Assembly (NCBI GenBank): GCA_025057315.1
Contig: JANWXW010000134.1
Span: forward strand, 129-64,128
Direction: 5' to 3'
DNA length: 64,000 nucleotides
From: Myxococcota bacterium
GTDB taxonomy: Bacteria > Myxococcota_A > Polyangia > Palsa-1104 > JAEUJZ01
The notes beneath the pieces were generated by a model. That model made no database searches, was not told where the DNA came from, and saw nothing but the letters and a program-made list of their open reading frames with translations. This document shows positions 44,051 through 52,524 of this stretch, in pieces; within the stretch, counting starts at the first letter, position 1; each line of letters begins with the position of its first letter. Both the position numbers and the translations under genes were made by a program.

Positions 44051-45641
44051 GGCTCTCCTCTGCGATCCCACCACCTCGCTGCGACGGCTCCAGGGGTAGG
44101 CGAAGGCGCGCACAGACCCCCCCACCCGGCGCGTTTTCGACCGTGAGCTGGCCCTGCAGCTGCTGCGCCAGCCGGGCGCAGGTGTATAGCCCCAGACCGG
44201 TGCCCTGGCCCGGCGGCTTGGTCGTGACAAAGGGCTGGAACAGCCGCTCGCGCACCCGCGGGGCCAGGCCTGGGCCGCGGTCGCGCAGCTCGATGCAGAC
44301 CTGGTCGCCAGGCAGGCGCAGCAGGTCCACTTCAGCCGGGGCTGCGGCGGCATCGCGGGCATTCTGCAGCAGGTTGACCAGAATCTGCAGCAGGCGGTCC
44401 CCATCGGTGGTGCAGCTAAGGCTCAGATCGCCCCGCAGCACCACTTCTGCGGCCTGACTGCCATAGACGAGCTTGGCGGCGCGCCGCACCAGGTCCGCCA
44501 GCACCACGCGCGCCTGCTGACCCGGGCGTCCAGTGTTGGCCAGCAGTTCGCGCGTGATCTCGCGGCACCGGCGCGCCTCGTCGATAATCAGCGAGATCGA
44601 TTCCGCAGCATCCGGGTTGTTGACGGTGTGTGACAGGTCCACAGCCAACGTCTGGATGCTGGCCAGCGGGGTGTTCAGCTCGTGGGCCACACCCTGCATA
44701 GCCCGCCCGAGGCTGGCCAGCCGCTCCAGCATCACCGCCCGCTGCTCATCCATGGTGGACTCCGTGCGATCGACGTACAGATAGGCCCGCAGCTGCCCCG
44801 TCCCGGCCGATGGCGGCCGATCACCGGGCAGCGCCAGCATCTCGTAAATGCGCGTCTCGTTGCCCTCCTGGTGGGCGAAGCGGCGTGGCCCGGTCCCCTC
44901 AGACAGCCCCTCCGGTGGCCTCCACCGCCCGTCCGGGCAGGGGTGCACTTGCGCAGCACGCCGGTTGCAGAGCAGCAGCCGGCCGTCGGGCCCGACCAGT
45001 TCCAACCCGACGTCGAGCGCGTCGAGGCCGCCCAGCAGCAGCTGGTAGTTCTCCAGCGCACGGTTCTGCTCCCGTCGTAAAAACTGCAAGGCTCCCAGAG
45101 AAAAGTAGGCCAGGGAGAGCACGGTGAGCGTGGGGGCACAGGCCGCCAGCCACAGCGGCGGTCCCTCCAGGGCAGGCGACAGAAGCAGGCCAGCGCGCTC
45201 GGCCCCATAGAGCAGCCCAATCCCTCCCAGACTCACCGCCGCCGCCACCAGCGCGCCCGGCGTGAACCCCAACATGGCGCCCAGCACCACGTGGAAGCCG
45301 TAGAACATCGACACCGGGTTGCGCAGCCCGCCTGAAGAGAGCAGCAGCAGCGTCAAGGCCCCAACGTCGGCCACGGCGTGAAGCTGGAGCTCGCGTCGGC
45401 CGGCCGGCTCTTCGTGCATGGCGCGCATGCGGAGACGGCGGCTAAACCAAACATTATACAGCGACCCGACTGCCAGCGCAGCCAGGATGGGCGGCGCCGA
45501 GACCCAAGCCAGCCCCACCATCCGCGCAAAGGCCAGGCCCCCCGCGACCGAGCCGAGAGCAATCCAGCGCAGCCGCACCAGCCAGCGCAGCCGCGGCACC
45601 GCCGAGTCGAAGAAAGCCGGATCAGACAGCTCAAACCGCAT
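44043..45641 (-). CDS. Sensor histidine kinase, RegB/PrrB-like
   Basis: LRWLVRLRW, GGLRNPV, H-box AHELNTPLASI, RCREI, N-box NLLQNARDA, DRGPG, PFVTTK, GTGLGL. Confidence 0.9.
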   Translation of the reverse strand: MRFELSDPAFFDSAVPRLRWLVRLRWIALGSVAGGLAFARMVGLAWVSAPPILAALAVGSLYNVWFSRRLRMRAMHEEPAGRRELQLHAVADVGALTLLLLSSGGLRNPVSMFYGFHVVLGAMLGFTPGALVAAAVSLGGIGLLYGAERAGLLLSPALEGPPLWLAACAPTLTVLSLAYFSLGALQFLRREQNRALENYQLLLGGLDALDVGLELVGPDGRLLLCNRRAAQVHPCPDGRWRPPEGLSEGTGPRRFAHQEGNETRIYEMLALPGDRPPSAGTGQLRAYLYVDRTESTMDEQRAVMLERLASLGRAMQGVAHELNTPLASIQTLAVDLSHTVNNPDAAESISLIIDEARRCREITRELLANTGRPGQQARVVLADLVRRAAKLVYGSQAAEVVLRGDLSLSCTTDGDRLLQILVNLLQNARDAAAAPAEVDLLRLPGDQVCIELRDRGPGLAPRVRERLFQPFVTTKPPGQGTGLGLYTCARLAQQLQGQLTVENAPGGGVCARLRLPLEPSQRGGGIAEESHA

Positions 45642-45677
45642 CCACCTGCCCCACGCAGCATAGCAGAGGTCTCTGCC

Positions 45678-46343
45678 TCAGCGGGCCGGGCCAGCGCGCT
45701 CCAGGTGCTCGCGCAGGCCATCGGCCAGGGCCGCGATGCCGCGCCGTGCGATGGTGAGCACCGGCCGTTCGGCGCCGTGACTGTAGAGCGAAGACACCTT
45801 GTGGTCCAGCTCGGTTCCGCCCCAGATGACGACCAGGTCCGCCCAGCGCAGGTCCGCCCGGGCCTCGGCCTGGGTCCGCCGCTCGGTGCCGTCGATCAGG
45901 CGGAGCTCGATGCGGTCTCCGACGAGAGCGCGCAGGGCCTCCCGGGCGTTCGGCGAACCACCTAGGACGACAAGCCGCTGCAGACCGTGCTGTCCCAGCA
46001 GAGCACACATGCGGTCCACCGCCTGCCGGTTGCCGGAGCCGCTGCACAGGGCACAGTCGCCGGGGCGCTCGGCACACAGCAACTGGCGGCCATCGCCTGC
46101 ATCCAGCAGGGTTCGGGCCTCCTGCTGACAGGAAGAACGGCTGCATACAAGCAAGAACCGCTCCTGCAGTAGGCGCTGGACCCGCTCTCGCTTGTGGGCG
46201 GCGATGCGCTGCTTGCCTGGCCGGGTCAGGCCAGCCTGCTCCAGCTCCTGCCGGGCGCGGGCCTCGTTGGCACCAGAGAAGCCCAGCTCGTCCAGCAGCT
46301 CGTGCAGGCGCAGGTCGGGGCTGGGCCGGGACACTGGGGCCAT
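45678..46343 (-). CDS. Hypothetical protein with Cys motifs and flavodoxin-like C-terminus
   Basis: CSRSSC and C...DCALC motifs; LVVLGG and ADLVVIWGG..LDH; TATAAT 8 nt upstream of the ATG. Confidence 0.7.
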   Translation of the reverse strand: MAPVSRPSPDLRLHELLDELGFSGANEARARQELEQAGLTRPGKQRIAAHKRERVQRLLQERFLLVCSRSSCQQEARTLLDAGDGRQLLCAERPGDCALCSGSGNRQAVDRMCALLGQHGLQRLVVLGGSPNAREALRALVGDRIELRLIDGTERRTQAEARADLRWADLVVIWGGTELDHKVSSLYSHGAERPVLTIARRGIAALADGLREHLERAGPAR

Positions 46344-46738
46344 TGGCCGCCATTATAGGCCCACCCGCCCTGCCTCGCACTGAGCTCACCTTGGGAAGCC
46401 ACCCACCAGAACCAGCGCGCCGGTCAGGTCCCCCAGAGCGACAGGACGCCGACGCCCGGGCCGACCTTGCCGATCGTCCCGTGGACCAGGCAGGGCTTGA
46501 GCCTGGGCCCACCCACCAGTCCCATCGGAGACAGGCATGGAGGCAGCCCCGCCGTGGCCCCTGCAGCGTAGGGCTCACCGGGCAGAGCCCGACGCATCGG
46601 GTCCGTGGCTATGAAGACCGCATCATGAGTCCGCATGGGCGCCAGGGCCCAGGAGCCCACACACCCGCCTCTGGGCAGAGCCAGACCCGCAGCGCCACAA
46701 ACGGAAATTTGGCTCCCCGCCCCGGGCCTGCGCTGCTG

Positions 46739-47731
46739 CTAGGCGCGCGGCGGACGTTGTGGGTCCCGCTGGCGAGGGGGGACCGGGAGGCTGTCTGGCC
46801 CCGCATCGGCCCGGGGGTGGCGGCTGTGCTGCTCCAGCAGATACTGAAGGTCCACGTGCGCATAGCGTGCCGTGGTAGATAGGTGGCGGTGGCCCAGCAG
46901 CTCCTGGATCGATCGCAGGTCCGCGCCCGACCCTAGCAGGTGGGTGGCGAAGCTATGGCGCAGGGCGTGGGGGTGAACATGGGGTAGCCCAGCGCGCGCG
47001 GCGTGCCGGTCGAGCACGCGGCGCACCTCGCGGACGCCCAGACGCCCTCCCCGCACCGAGAGGAACAGGGCCGCTGGATGGCACTGGCCGGTGCGCGGAT
47101 GGCGCAGCTCAGCTCGGCGCGGCAAATAGGACAGCAGCGCCTGGCGTGCCCTGCGTCCGGCCGGCACCAGGCGGTCCCGCCCGCCCTTGCCATCCGCGAT
47201 GCGCACCGTCATGAGGCCCCCCTCCCCATCGAGATCCACGTGCTCCAGGTCCAACCGGACGGCCTCGCTGACGCGCAGTCCGGCCCCATAGATGAGTTCC
47301 AGCAGCGCCGCATCCCGCAGGGCAACCGCATCTGGCTCTGCCCCGCGCGTGGGGGCCTCCACCAGCACGGCTGCCTCCTCCGGTCGCAAAAATTGCGGCA
47401 GCGGCGAGCGCGCACGTCGGGGGCGGAGGAGCTGCGCTGGGTTGTCAGCCCGCAGCCCGGCGCGCCGCAGAAAGCGAAAAAATGACCGCAGCGCTGACAG
47501 GCGACGCACCGTGCTGGTCGACGCCTCCAGCCCATGACGGCTGGCCACAAAGGCGCGCAGCGCGCTGGCATCCAGGTCGGCCAGCCCGGGCTCGCGGCCA
47601 AGCCGCTGGCGTAGGTGGTCCAGGCACTGGCGCACATCCGACAGATAGGCACGTACTGTCTCGGGGGAGGCGCGCCGCTCGTGCCGCAGGTGGGCGACAA
47701 AAGCGTCGAGCAGGTCTGCGGCATCGGCCAT
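46739..47731 (-). CDS. xerC: Tyrosine recombinase XerC
   Basis: ERRASPETVRAY, LSALRSFF, GAGLRVSE, GKGGRDR, HPHALRHSFATHLL..GADLRSIQELLGH..LSTT..Y. Confidence 0.88.
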   Translation of the reverse strand: MADAADLLDAFVAHLRHERRASPETVRAYLSDVRQCLDHLRQRLGREPGLADLDASALRAFVASRHGLEASTSTVRRLSALRSFFRFLRRAGLRADNPAQLLRPRRARSPLPQFLRPEEAAVLVEAPTRGAEPDAVALRDAALLELIYGAGLRVSEAVRLDLEHVDLDGEGGLMTVRIADGKGGRDRLVPAGRRARQALLSYLPRRAELRHPRTGQCHPAALFLSVRGGRLGVREVRRVLDRHAARAGLPHVHPHALRHSFATHLLGSGADLRSIQELLGHRHLSTTARYAHVDLQYLLEQHSRHPRADAGPDSLPVPPRQRDPQRPPRA

Positions 47732-47822
47732 AAGGCAACTATGCCTGCACCCACCACCCATGCAACTTTTCCCCGGCCTGGCCCAAAGTTGACCGCCCCC
47801 GTTTGCAGAGAATAGAATAGCC

Positions 47823-48614
47823 ATGATGCCTGGCGCCCAGATCCTCATCGTCGATGACGACCCTTGGATCGTGCGCATGGTGACCACGGTGCTGGAAAAG
47901 CGGGGCCACGTGATCCACGCTGCCTCCGACGGCGAAGAGGGCTTGCAGAAGGCGCTGAAGCTGCACCCGGACCTGGTCATCACAGATGTAATGATGCCCA
48001 AAATGGACGGCTGGACCCTGGTGCGAACTCTGCGCAGCCGGGCCGAGCTGGCGCTGACGCCGGTCATCTTCCTGACGGCCCTGGGCGGGGACGAGGAACG
48101 CATCCGCGGCTTCCGCCTTGGCGCGGATGACTACCTGCCCAAGCCTTTCCGCTTCGAGGAGCTGGACCTGCGCGTGGCCAATGCCCTCAAGAAGCGGCGG
48201 GCGCTGGAGCAGCAGGCCCAGACCCTGAGCACCGCCGAGCCGCAGCATACCGCGGGGGCCGCCCCGGGACGGCCCACGGGCATCCATGGCACCCTAGATC
48301 AGCTCGGGCTGTCGAGCCTGCTGGCCATGATTGACATGGAGCGCAAAAGCGGCATCTTGGTGCTCACACGCGGGCGGGCCGTGGGCCGCATCTTCTGTCG
48401 GCAAGGACGGGTGCTCTCAGCCCGCCTGGAGGGCGAGGGGCCTTTTTTGCGCAAGGGCCCCGAGGTGATCTACCAGATGCTCACCTGGACCGACGGGCGC
48501 TTCGACTTCATGGCGGTGGAAGTGGAGATGGAGGACGAGATCCGCACCCAGACCATGCACCTGCTCATGGAGGGGGCGCGGCGCATCGACGAGGCCCGGG
48601 CGGCGCAGGCCTAA
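47823..48614 (+). CDS. Response regulator with DUF4388-like output domain
   Basis: REC domain ([20 protein letters not shown]); C-terminal G.L..LGLSSLL...RKSG.L...W.DG.F.F...[11 protein letters not shown]. Confidence 0.9.
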   Translation: MMPGAQILIVDDDPWIVRMVTTVLEKRGHVIHAASDGEEGLQKALKLHPDLVITDVMMPKMDGWTLVRTLRSRAELALTPVIFLTALGGDEERIRGFRLGADDYLPKPFRFEELDLRVANALKKRRALEQQAQTLSTAEPQHTAGAAPGRPTGIHGTLDQLGLSSLLAMIDMERKSGILVLTRGRAVGRIFCRQGRVLSARLEGEGPFLRKGPEVIYQMLTWTDGRFDFMAVEVEMEDEIRTQTMHLLMEGARRIDEARAAQA

Positions 48615-48897
48615 AGCGCAGGGCGAACAAGCGGGGTCAGGCCTCAGCAAGCCCCGGCCCGCGACGGAGGGGGCGGGAGGGCTCCTGGCAGCTCGACATG
48701 CGCTCGGGCACCACGAGGCCCGAGCCCCAACCATCTGGGCAAACACCTGCGCATCCCCTGCCGCTTGGCCTCGGTCGCCAGAGAGCAGTCCCAGGCAGCG
48801 GCTCCAGTGGGAGGGCACAGATCAAGCCTCAAGCCGAGACCGCCCGTCTTGACAGGGCCCGGCAGGCGCGGTACAGGCCCTCGGCAAGGTCCGGGCC

Positions 48898-49527
48898 ATG
48901 AAGATCCTCTCGGTCACTGCGCTTCCCCTGCCGGAGGTAAAAGTCATCCGCTTTGCCCGCTTCTGTGACCATCGGGGCTCCTTTGCCGAAGTGTGGCGGC
49001 GCAGCGACTTCCAGCAGCATCCTGACCTGGCGTTTCTGCGAGAGGTGGAGTTCGGCCAGGCCAACGAGAGCCTGTCGCGGCCTGGCACGCTCAGGGGCCT
49101 GCACTTCCAGTGGGACCCGCCCATGGGCAAGCTGGTGCGGACCATCTGCGGGCGCATGATCGACCTGGTGCTGGATGTCCGCCTGGGCTCGCCGACCTTC
49201 GGCCACATCGTAGCCCACGACATGCCCGCGCAGCCGGAGCAGGGGGAGTGGATCTGGGTGCCGCCTGGGTTTGCTCACGGCAACTACTTTCCGTCCGAGA
49301 GCATCGTCGAGTACTTTTGCACCGGCCACTACAACCCCGAGTGCGAGGCCAGCATCTCGCCCCTGTCTCCGGACATCCATTGGGACCTGTGCGCCCCTGC
49401 CCTGCGCGCGCTAATTGGAGAGGCAGCCGCCAGCGCCCTGGTCTCCGACCGGGACCGCGCGGGCATGAGCGTGAGCGCATGGCAGGCCGACCCGCGCGCG
49501 CGGCACTTTGTCTGGCAGCAGACCTGA
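48898..49527 (+). CDS. rmlC: dTDP-4-dehydrorhamnose 3,5-epimerase
   Basis: DHRGSFAE, LRGLHFQ, KLVR, DVRLGSPTFG, VPPGFAHG. Confidence 0.9.
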   Translation: MKILSVTALPLPEVKVIRFARFCDHRGSFAEVWRRSDFQQHPDLAFLREVEFGQANESLSRPGTLRGLHFQWDPPMGKLVRTICGRMIDLVLDVRLGSPTFGHIVAHDMPAQPEQGEWIWVPPGFAHGNYFPSESIVEYFCTGHYNPECEASISPLSPDIHWDLCAPALRALIGEAAASALVSDRDRAGMSVSAWQADPRARHFVWQQT

Positions 49528-49544
49528 GCCGAGAGGGGCTGGGC

Positions 49545-50150
49545 ATGGGACCGTTGCCCAGGCAAACCCCCACGGGGAGCCATCGTGGGGGGAGGCACGC
49601 TGTCCTGGCGGGCATCGGGGGCTGGCCGGGGGGGATCGTGTGCTGCGGGACCGCCGGACCGTTTCTGTCGCTGCTGCGCTCCTCGGGCCCCGAGCCCAAG
49701 CGGGCTCCGGACCGGGCCCCAATCGCTCAGGACGAGGACGCTGCCTCCGTGCGGCGGCCCATTTGCTGTCGGTCCTGCGGCGCGGTCATCGCCGATGCCG
49801 CCGACCTGCTTCATCCCGTCGAGGGGCAGGGGCAGGTGTTCTTCAACCCATATGGTATCCTCCACGAGGTCGTGACGGTGCGCCACACGCGCGGCGTGCT
49901 CCCCCGGGGACCGGCCACGACCGAGTTCACCTGGTTTGCCGGCTACGCCTGGCGGCATGCCCACTGCGCACGCTGCGATGCCCACCTCGGTTGGCACTAT
50001 GAGGCCGTCTCGTCCGAGGCGACGCCCCCCAGCTTCTGGGGCCTGCGCCGCAGCGAGATCATCCTAGATCATCCTAGAGGACAAGACAGGCTCCTAGGCA
50101 CAACAGCCGGTGTCGCGGCGATGACCCCCTCCTGGGGGAGGAGGCTGTAG
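49545..50150 (+). CDS. Cereblon family (CULT domain) protein
   Basis: CRSC and CARC Zn ligands; FNPYG, EFTWFAGYAW, HLGWHY, FWGL; start uncertain. Confidence 0.85.
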   Translation: MGPLPRQTPTGSHRGGRHAVLAGIGGWPGGIVCCGTAGPFLSLLRSSGPEPKRAPDRAPIAQDEDAASVRRPICCRSCGAVIADAADLLHPVEGQGQVFFNPYGILHEVVTVRHTRGVLPRGPATTEFTWFAGYAWRHAHCARCDAHLGWHYEAVSSEATPPSFWGLRRSEIILDHPRGQDRLLGTTAGVAAMTPSWGRRL

Positions 50151-50250
50151 ACCTGGGCGACAGATCTACTGCCGGGCGGTCGCTGCCGTCGGTGGCGCCG
50201 GCGGACCAAGGGCCCCGCTCCTGCGGTTCCGGCGGACCCCGCTGGCCGCA

Positions 50251-52248
50251 CTACGCTTTGGACAACGCCTGCCGTGCCAGGAACACGCCGAGCACCAGGA
50301 ACATCGCAAACCCGATGGCATCGCCGCCGTAGCCCAGGCGGTCCCAGTAGCTGCCGCCCAGGGCCAGCTTTTCGGCCAGCGTGTCGGCAAAGCCCTCCAG
50401 CAGGGCGATGAGCAGCCCCGCCAGCGAACCCCCAGCCACCAGGCCCGTCGCGCACAGCATGCCGGGGCCGACATCGGAGTCTACTCCGGCTGCAGCGCTG
50501 CGCCTGTGTACCATCCAGCGCACCACGCCGCCGATGAAGATCGGCGCGGTCGTCGACAGCGGCAGGTAGGCACCGACGGCCCACGACAGAGCATGCGCGC
50601 CCGCCAGCTGGGCGACAAAGGCCAAAAAGACCCCCACCAGCACCGGACCCCAGGGCAGCTCCTGGCTCAGCAGCCCCTTGATCATGGTGGACATCAGCAT
50701 CGCCTGCGGGGCGGGCATGCGCTCGGTGCCGATGGCATGCTCGATGCCCTTGTGGGCCAGCGACTGGTCCAGCGCCAGCACCGTCTGGCCAATGACCAAT
50801 ACCGAGACGAGCACGCCGATGATGAGGCCAATCTGCTGCTTCCACGGCGTGGCGCCCACCAGGTAGCCTGTCTTGAGGTCCTGCGAGGTGGCACCGGCGT
50901 TGGCGGCGGCGATGCACACCACCGAGCCCACCATAAGGGCCCCGGTCTGGTAGATCTCCCCGCGCCACCCGATGGAGACGAAGACCAGGCAGGTGCCCAT
51001 CAGGGTGGCGATGGTCATGCCGGAGATGGGGCTGGAGGAGCTGCCGATGATGCCCACGATGCGGCTGGCCACGGTCACAAAGAAGAACCCAAAGACCACC
51101 ACCAGCAGGGACAGCAGCAGGGACCCCGGGAACGTGCCGGGCAAGTTCGGCAGCACCGCGATGAGGCCCACCAGGAGCAGGGCGCCCAGCACGACGATCG
51201 GAATCGGGATGTCGCGTTCGGTGCGGACCTGGCTGTTGCCTCCCCCGTGGCGGAGGTCGCGCATCGAGTCGCGAAAGCTGGCGACGATGGTGGGCATGGT
51301 CTTAAGCAGCGTCATGACGCCGGCGCAGGCGACGGCCCCCGCCCCAATGTAGCGGATGTAGGCGCGGTAGATCTGCTCTGCCACGCCGTGCGACTGAATC
51401 CATGCGTCGGAGAAGCCGAGCCGGTGCAGATCCTCCAGGCGGCGCGCCTCGGGCAGGTACAGCGACAGCAGCGGGATGAGCGCCAGCCACGACAGGATGC
51501 CGCCAGAGACCATCTCGGCTGCGATGCGTGGCCCGATGATGTAGCCCACCCCGAGGTACTCGGGCGTGACGTTGCACTCCAGCGTGGCGTTTGGATAGAC
51601 GGCGCGGGGGCCAGAGCGCAGGCCGGGCACCGGCTTCCACAGCTTGAGCACGCCCATGAGAATCCAGTATCCCGTTGCCACAAAAACGCCGTGGAAGACC
51701 CGGCGTGCTAGGTTGCCGCCCTTTTCGCCGACGACCAGGACCTCGGCGCAGGCAGTGCCCTCCGGGTAGGGCAGGATGCCGTGCTCCTTGACGATGAGGC
51801 TGCGCCGCAATGGGATCATAAACAAGATCCCCAGCAGCCCACCGACCGCCGCCAGGGTCAGGATCTGCACGTACTGAAAGTACTGGGCCCCGCCCGACAG
51901 AAAGATGAGCGCCGGCACGGTGAAGACGACACCCGAGGCGATGGACTCCCCGGCCGAGCCCAGCGTCTGCACGATGTTGTTCTCGAGGATCGTGCTCTTG
52001 CCAATGCGCTTAAAGACCGCGATGGACAGCACGGCAATCGGAATGGAAGCCGACACCGTCAGGCCCGCCCGCAGCGCCAGGTACACCGTCGAGGCGCCAA
52101 ATAGAATCCCAAAGAGCGAGCCCAGCAGAATGGCCTTAACGGACAGCTCGGGCAGCTCGGCCGACGGCGGGACGTAGGGCTGAAACCTGGCGGCGGGCTC
52201 CATGCCGGTGGAGCCGTTGCCGTGAGCCTGTGGTTCGGTCGCAGCCAT
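50251..52248 (-). CDS. OPT family oligopeptide transporter
   Basis: YLALRAGLTVSASIP, ILENNIVQT, LPYPEGTACAEVL, SSSPISG, QDLKTGYLVGATP, PAPQA. Confidence 0.93.
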   Translation of the reverse strand: MAATEPQAHGNGSTGMEPAARFQPYVPPSAELPELSVKAILLGSLFGILFGASTVYLALRAGLTVSASIPIAVLSIAVFKRIGKSTILENNIVQTLGSAGESIASGVVFTVPALIFLSGGAQYFQYVQILTLAAVGGLLGILFMIPLRRSLIVKEHGILPYPEGTACAEVLVVGEKGGNLARRVFHGVFVATGYWILMGVLKLWKPVPGLRSGPRAVYPNATLECNVTPEYLGVGYIIGPRIAAEMVSGGILSWLALIPLLSLYLPEARRLEDLHRLGFSDAWIQSHGVAEQIYRAYIRYIGAGAVACAGVMTLLKTMPTIVASFRDSMRDLRHGGGNSQVRTERDIPIPIVVLGALLLVGLIAVLPNLPGTFPGSLLLSLLVVVFGFFFVTVASRIVGIIGSSSSPISGMTIATLMGTCLVFVSIGWRGEIYQTGALMVGSVVCIAAANAGATSQDLKTGYLVGATPWKQQIGLIIGVLVSVLVIGQTVLALDQSLAHKGIEHAIGTERMPAPQAMLMSTMIKGLLSQELPWGPVLVGVFLAFVAQLAGAHALSWAVGAYLPLSTTAPIFIGGVVRWMVHRRSAAAGVDSDVGPGMLCATGLVAGGSLAGLLIALLEGFADTLAEKLALGGSYWDRLGYGGDAIGFAMFLVLGVFLARQALSKA

Positions 52249-52440
52249 AGGAGGCGACCTTAGAACAGCAGATGCCGGCGGTACAAGCCCGATTCAGGGC
52301 AGCTGCGTGGCGGCTCAGCGGCCAGGACCTTGCCCCTTGCAGGGCAGGGAGCAGGGCCGAGCTGCCTGGTTGGCCTTCTCTGCGGGCCGGATTTCTAAAA
52401 CGATTTTTCCAATAAAAACGGACCATTACAAATCCGATCC

Positions 52441-52468
52441 TTGACGTCTTCGGCCTCCTCCCTAACCT
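52441..52468 (+). promoter_or_regulatory. Putative sigma70 promoter of the glutamine synthetase gene
   Basis: TTGACG-16bp-TAACCT preceded by an AT-rich tract (about 52391-52435). Confidence 0.45.
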
Positions 52469-52524
52469 GCATGGAAACCTGCCCTCTGGGGCGTTCATTT
52501 TGGTTTGACACCTTGGAGAATCTC

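Noticed and set aside
46739-47731. Phage or island integrase marking a mobile element
   Set aside because: Sequence fits housekeeping XerC; no tRNA/att site, cargo genes or compositional shift seen
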